From NCBI GenBank assembly GCA_010015585.1, contig ML975160.1: a stretch of 64,000 bases of DNA; one strand, given 5' to 3'. Below are positions 61,164 through 64,000 of this stretch, piece by piece; positions within the stretch are counted from its first letter, which is position 1, and every line of letters begins with the position of its first letter. The notes under the pieces are model-generated. The model was not told the DNA's origin. It ran no database searches and saw only the letters and a list, made by a program, of their open reading frames with translations. Position numbers and translations under genes: made by a program. Origin of the DNA: Eremomyces bilateralis CBS 781.70 (taxonomy: Eukaryota).

Positions 61164-62036
61164 ATGAGCATGGCCATGCCTCTCGGCGAGCCGACTACCG
61201 GCGGCACCGGCTTCGTCAACCGCATCGACCCCCCCATCGCCATCAAGGGATACAACCCGGCCAAGACCTACGATCACCAACCCGATACCGTCGACCCGGT
61301 CTTCCTCGAAGCCATGTCCGTCCGCGAAGACGTCTTCGTCCAAGGCCAAGGCGTCCCCCAAGCCGAAGAAGTCGATGCCGACGACCCCATCTCCTACCAC
61401 TGGGTCTGCTACGCCTCCGTCAGCCGCAAGAAAAGCGCCACCGACTCCGCCGCCGTCACCGACGCGCCCGAGTCCTCCGCCGCCGACGAAGTTCCCCGCA
61501 ACGCCCTCGGCGGAAAGATCATCATGCGCCGTCGCTCCTCCGCCTACCAGCCCGAGCATCTAGGCAAGCGCCCACCCTCGCCGCACACCACCGTTCCCGT
61601 CGGCACCGTCCGCTTCGTCCCACCGATCCGCAACCGCCCGCGCGAGGTGCCCGGCACGCCGACGAGCTTCCCGACCAAGGAGCCTTTCGTCAAGGTGACG
61701 CGGCTCGCGGTGCACCGGCAGTTCCGCGGCCTAGGGCTCACGAGGCTACTACTAAGCGACGCGTTCGAGTTCATCGTGAACAATCCGGAGAAGATTGTGC
61801 CGCCGCTAGGCCCCGCGGAGCGGGAGGCGTATAATGCGCAGGGGAAGAGCGAGGAGTTGTGGAAGGGGTTGCTACTCGTGCATGCGCAGAAACCGGTGAA
61901 GGGGCTATGGGAGCGGTATGGGTTCAAGCAGGATGAGGGGATGGGGGAGTGGATGGAGGATGGGTGTTTGCATATCGGTATGTGGAGGTGGTTGGAGCCG
62001 AAGTTCACTTGGATCATCGGCCCTCGATACAATTGA
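61164..62036 (+). CDS. GNAT-family acetyltransferase (ElaA/YjcF-like)
   Basis: VREDVFVQGQGVP...EVDADD, VGTVR, RLAVHRQFRGLGL (acetyl-CoA motif A), HAQ, W.RYGF and EDGCLHIGM. Confidence 0.9.
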   Translation: MSMAMPLGEPTTGGTGFVNRIDPPIAIKGYNPAKTYDHQPDTVDPVFLEAMSVREDVFVQGQGVPQAEEVDADDPISYHWVCYASVSRKKSATDSAAVTDAPESSAADEVPRNALGGKIIMRRRSSAYQPEHLGKRPPSPHTTVPVGTVRFVPPIRNRPREVPGTPTSFPTKEPFVKVTRLAVHRQFRGLGLTRLLLSDAFEFIVNNPEKIVPPLGPAEREAYNAQGKSEELWKGLLLVHAQKPVKGLWERYGFKQDEGMGEWMEDGCLHIGMWRWLEPKFTWIIGPRYN

Positions 62037-62344
62037 TGGGGAGGAATGAGACAACCGGAGAGCTGTGGATGGGAAACAGATTTGCTCTGGCGTTTGAATG
62101 GCGGACTGAACCGTCATGGATGATATCATGGTCTGCATTGCGGTCACAGGGCTCACGGCGTTGAGCATGATGCGAAATTCTCTACTCTAATACCCAGAGT
62201 CTTTCATTATTAACGATGGAGCCTCAAGTGGTTCTCAGCATCATCTGGTTGATATGAAAGGAGACCCGGTTATGCATACCTCAATGGAGGATTGGTGTGA
62301 ACATAAAATTAGCAGCGTGGAATTAAACAACAGCAATACCCAAA

Positions 62345-62955
62345 GGGAAAAGATCGACCTACACCCCCCCAAAGGCTCAACCTACACCCTTCGCACGTGA
62401 ATTTGAATTCCTGCAATCTGATTGGTCCATTTAGGAACGGTCATATAGCACGTGACTTATTTTGACGACGTCCCTATGGCGCGGGCACCCTATCACCCAT
62501 TTGGGGCAACCCCCAAAACCCATTTTGGGCAAACCCCACCCACCCGTCTTGGGCACCCGACCACCCATCTGTGGCACTTACGACCACCCGTTTTAGGCAG
62601 ACCCTATCCCCAGTTTTGGGTTAGCCGCTCGTTGTGGCGGCGTAGAAGTGGTCGAGGGCCGTATAGGCGGCAAAGAGTGCCCAAAAGTGGTGGTACAGGG
62701 AGTACAAAATGGGTGGTAGGGGTCGCCCAAAATGGGTGGTCGGGTGCCCAAGACGGGTGGGTGGGGTTTGCCCAAAATGGGTTTTGGGGGTTGCCCCAAA
62801 TGGGTGATAGGGTGCCCGCGCCATAGGGACGTCGTCAAAATAAGTCACGTGCTATATGACCGTTCCTAAATGGACCAATCAGATTGCAGGAATTCAAATT
62901 CACGTGCGAAGGGTGTAGGTTGAGCCTTTGGGGGGGTGTAGGTCGATCTTTTCCC
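62345..62955. mobile_element. Non-autonomous Mutator-like (MULE/foldback MITE) element, 611 bp
   Basis: 224-bp terminal inverted repeats (62345-62568 and 62732-62955) starting GGGAAAAG, with no mismatch found by eye. Flanked by the 9-bp direct repeat ATACCCAAA (62336-62344 and 62956-62964). Confidence 0.95.
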
Positions 62956-63293
62956 ATACCCAAAACACCATGTCCTTTCTTTCAACCCGCCTGCTTTGAG
63001 TATGGTCCATTACTATCTAGGAACAGCTTATGCTATGTCACTCCACTTTTGATCTGTACTCCTTGTAGATTCTTGAAACTGTTGAGGCCAATTTCTCAAC
63101 GAATGAAGGGCAGCCAGACTGGCATTGGTATCTCCAAGATGGGCAACATCAGTCATATCAGTGACATTTTCATCATCATGACAAGATATACAAATATAAA
63201 ACTGAAGTGCATTAGATACTGGCCATGTAAAGTCTTTGCCAATTAACTAGATCTAAGAAAAGGTGATGCGAAACTCCGATGCGACCGACCCAA

Positions 63294-64000
63294 TCACGAA
63301 AAAAGTTCCGCCTGCGCCTCCAGATCCATCGCCAGGACTTCCAGCTCAAACCCTTTCAACGTATCCTCCACCATCACCGCCGGCTTCCCTCCCTCAAAGC
63401 CATCTTTATCCGTCCCAGAATACTCCCAATACCAACTAACCTTCCCCCCCTCGTTCTTCGATTTCATGCTCCACTTGCCCAATGGTGGCGAGGCATACGC
63501 GCTCGACTGGTTCTCATCCAGCCCGCCCAGCTTGATCCTCCCCCTAACGGACGCGTGCATCCTCTCGTTGGTGTTGCTCAACTTCTCCCGCTGCGGCTTC
63601 CCCGTCAACGGGCCCGTCCGACGGTAAAACCTCGGCGTCCGATCCAAGCTGCCTCCGAGCGACGTTGGGAAATGGACCGACTCGTAAATAATGCCGACGC
63701 CCCATCCCCAGTTACGATGGAGCTTCCCAATGGTTTGTTGCTGTGTGTACCAGGCTTTGTTCCGGGCGACTTGGTCGGAGATGTAGGTGGGGTGGAAGTC
63801 GAGGAATGGCCGCAAGTTCTCCATCATCCATGCGAGGGAGATGGTGGAGCAGGCGGTGTCTTCATAGCTTCCGCCGACGCTGGAGTGTGCGCCTGGAAAC
63901 CAGCATTGTTTGAGGTTCTTTTCACTTGGTAAGTAGGCTGACCCAGATGCAAAGGCACGTTAAGAACTCACAGTTTTTGAACCATCGGGCTTCTCCCAAA
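63294..64000 (-). CDS. DUF2235 (Tle1-like alpha/beta hydrolase) protein, 3' part; runs off the window
   Basis: LKQCWFPGAHSSVGG, ISLAWMM, W..G.IYES, RTP and TNERMHASVR. Confidence 0.8.

Noticed and set aside
62452..62848. Two ORFs with identical N-termini (MTYFDDVPM...) on opposite strands
   Set aside because: They are a direct consequence of the foldback element's inverted repeats, not genes.

Overview
Gene-dense window from an intron-containing filamentous ascomycete (Pezizomycotina-type) genome. Conserved genes include RPS5, DUS1, TRZ1, a FAO1-like long-chain alcohol oxidase, an ABCC transporter, a CAO-2/CarT-like carotenoid oxygenase, a 7TM-RGS protein, a FYVE protein, an SRA-YDG protein, a bZIP factor and a GNAT. 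Between them lie accessory pieces: a HET fragment, a dead NACHT-WD40 NLR, a Tc1/impala-like transposon, a Fot1/pogo relic and an intact 611-bp Mutator-type foldback element with a 9-bp TSD. The most striking find is a tandem pair of Mx-like dynamins. One is a pseudogene. The other splices in frame across three short GT-AG introns onto a tail with a Nup98/Nup116-type GLEBS (Rae1/Gle2-binding) motif and FG dipeptides, suggesting a nuclear-pore-targeted or decoy-bearing dynamin. Also notable are a divergent DDRGK1/UFBP1-like protein and a 6.3-kb accessory block bounded by 37-bp imperfect direct repeats. All family assignments come from reading motifs by eye; no database searches were run.
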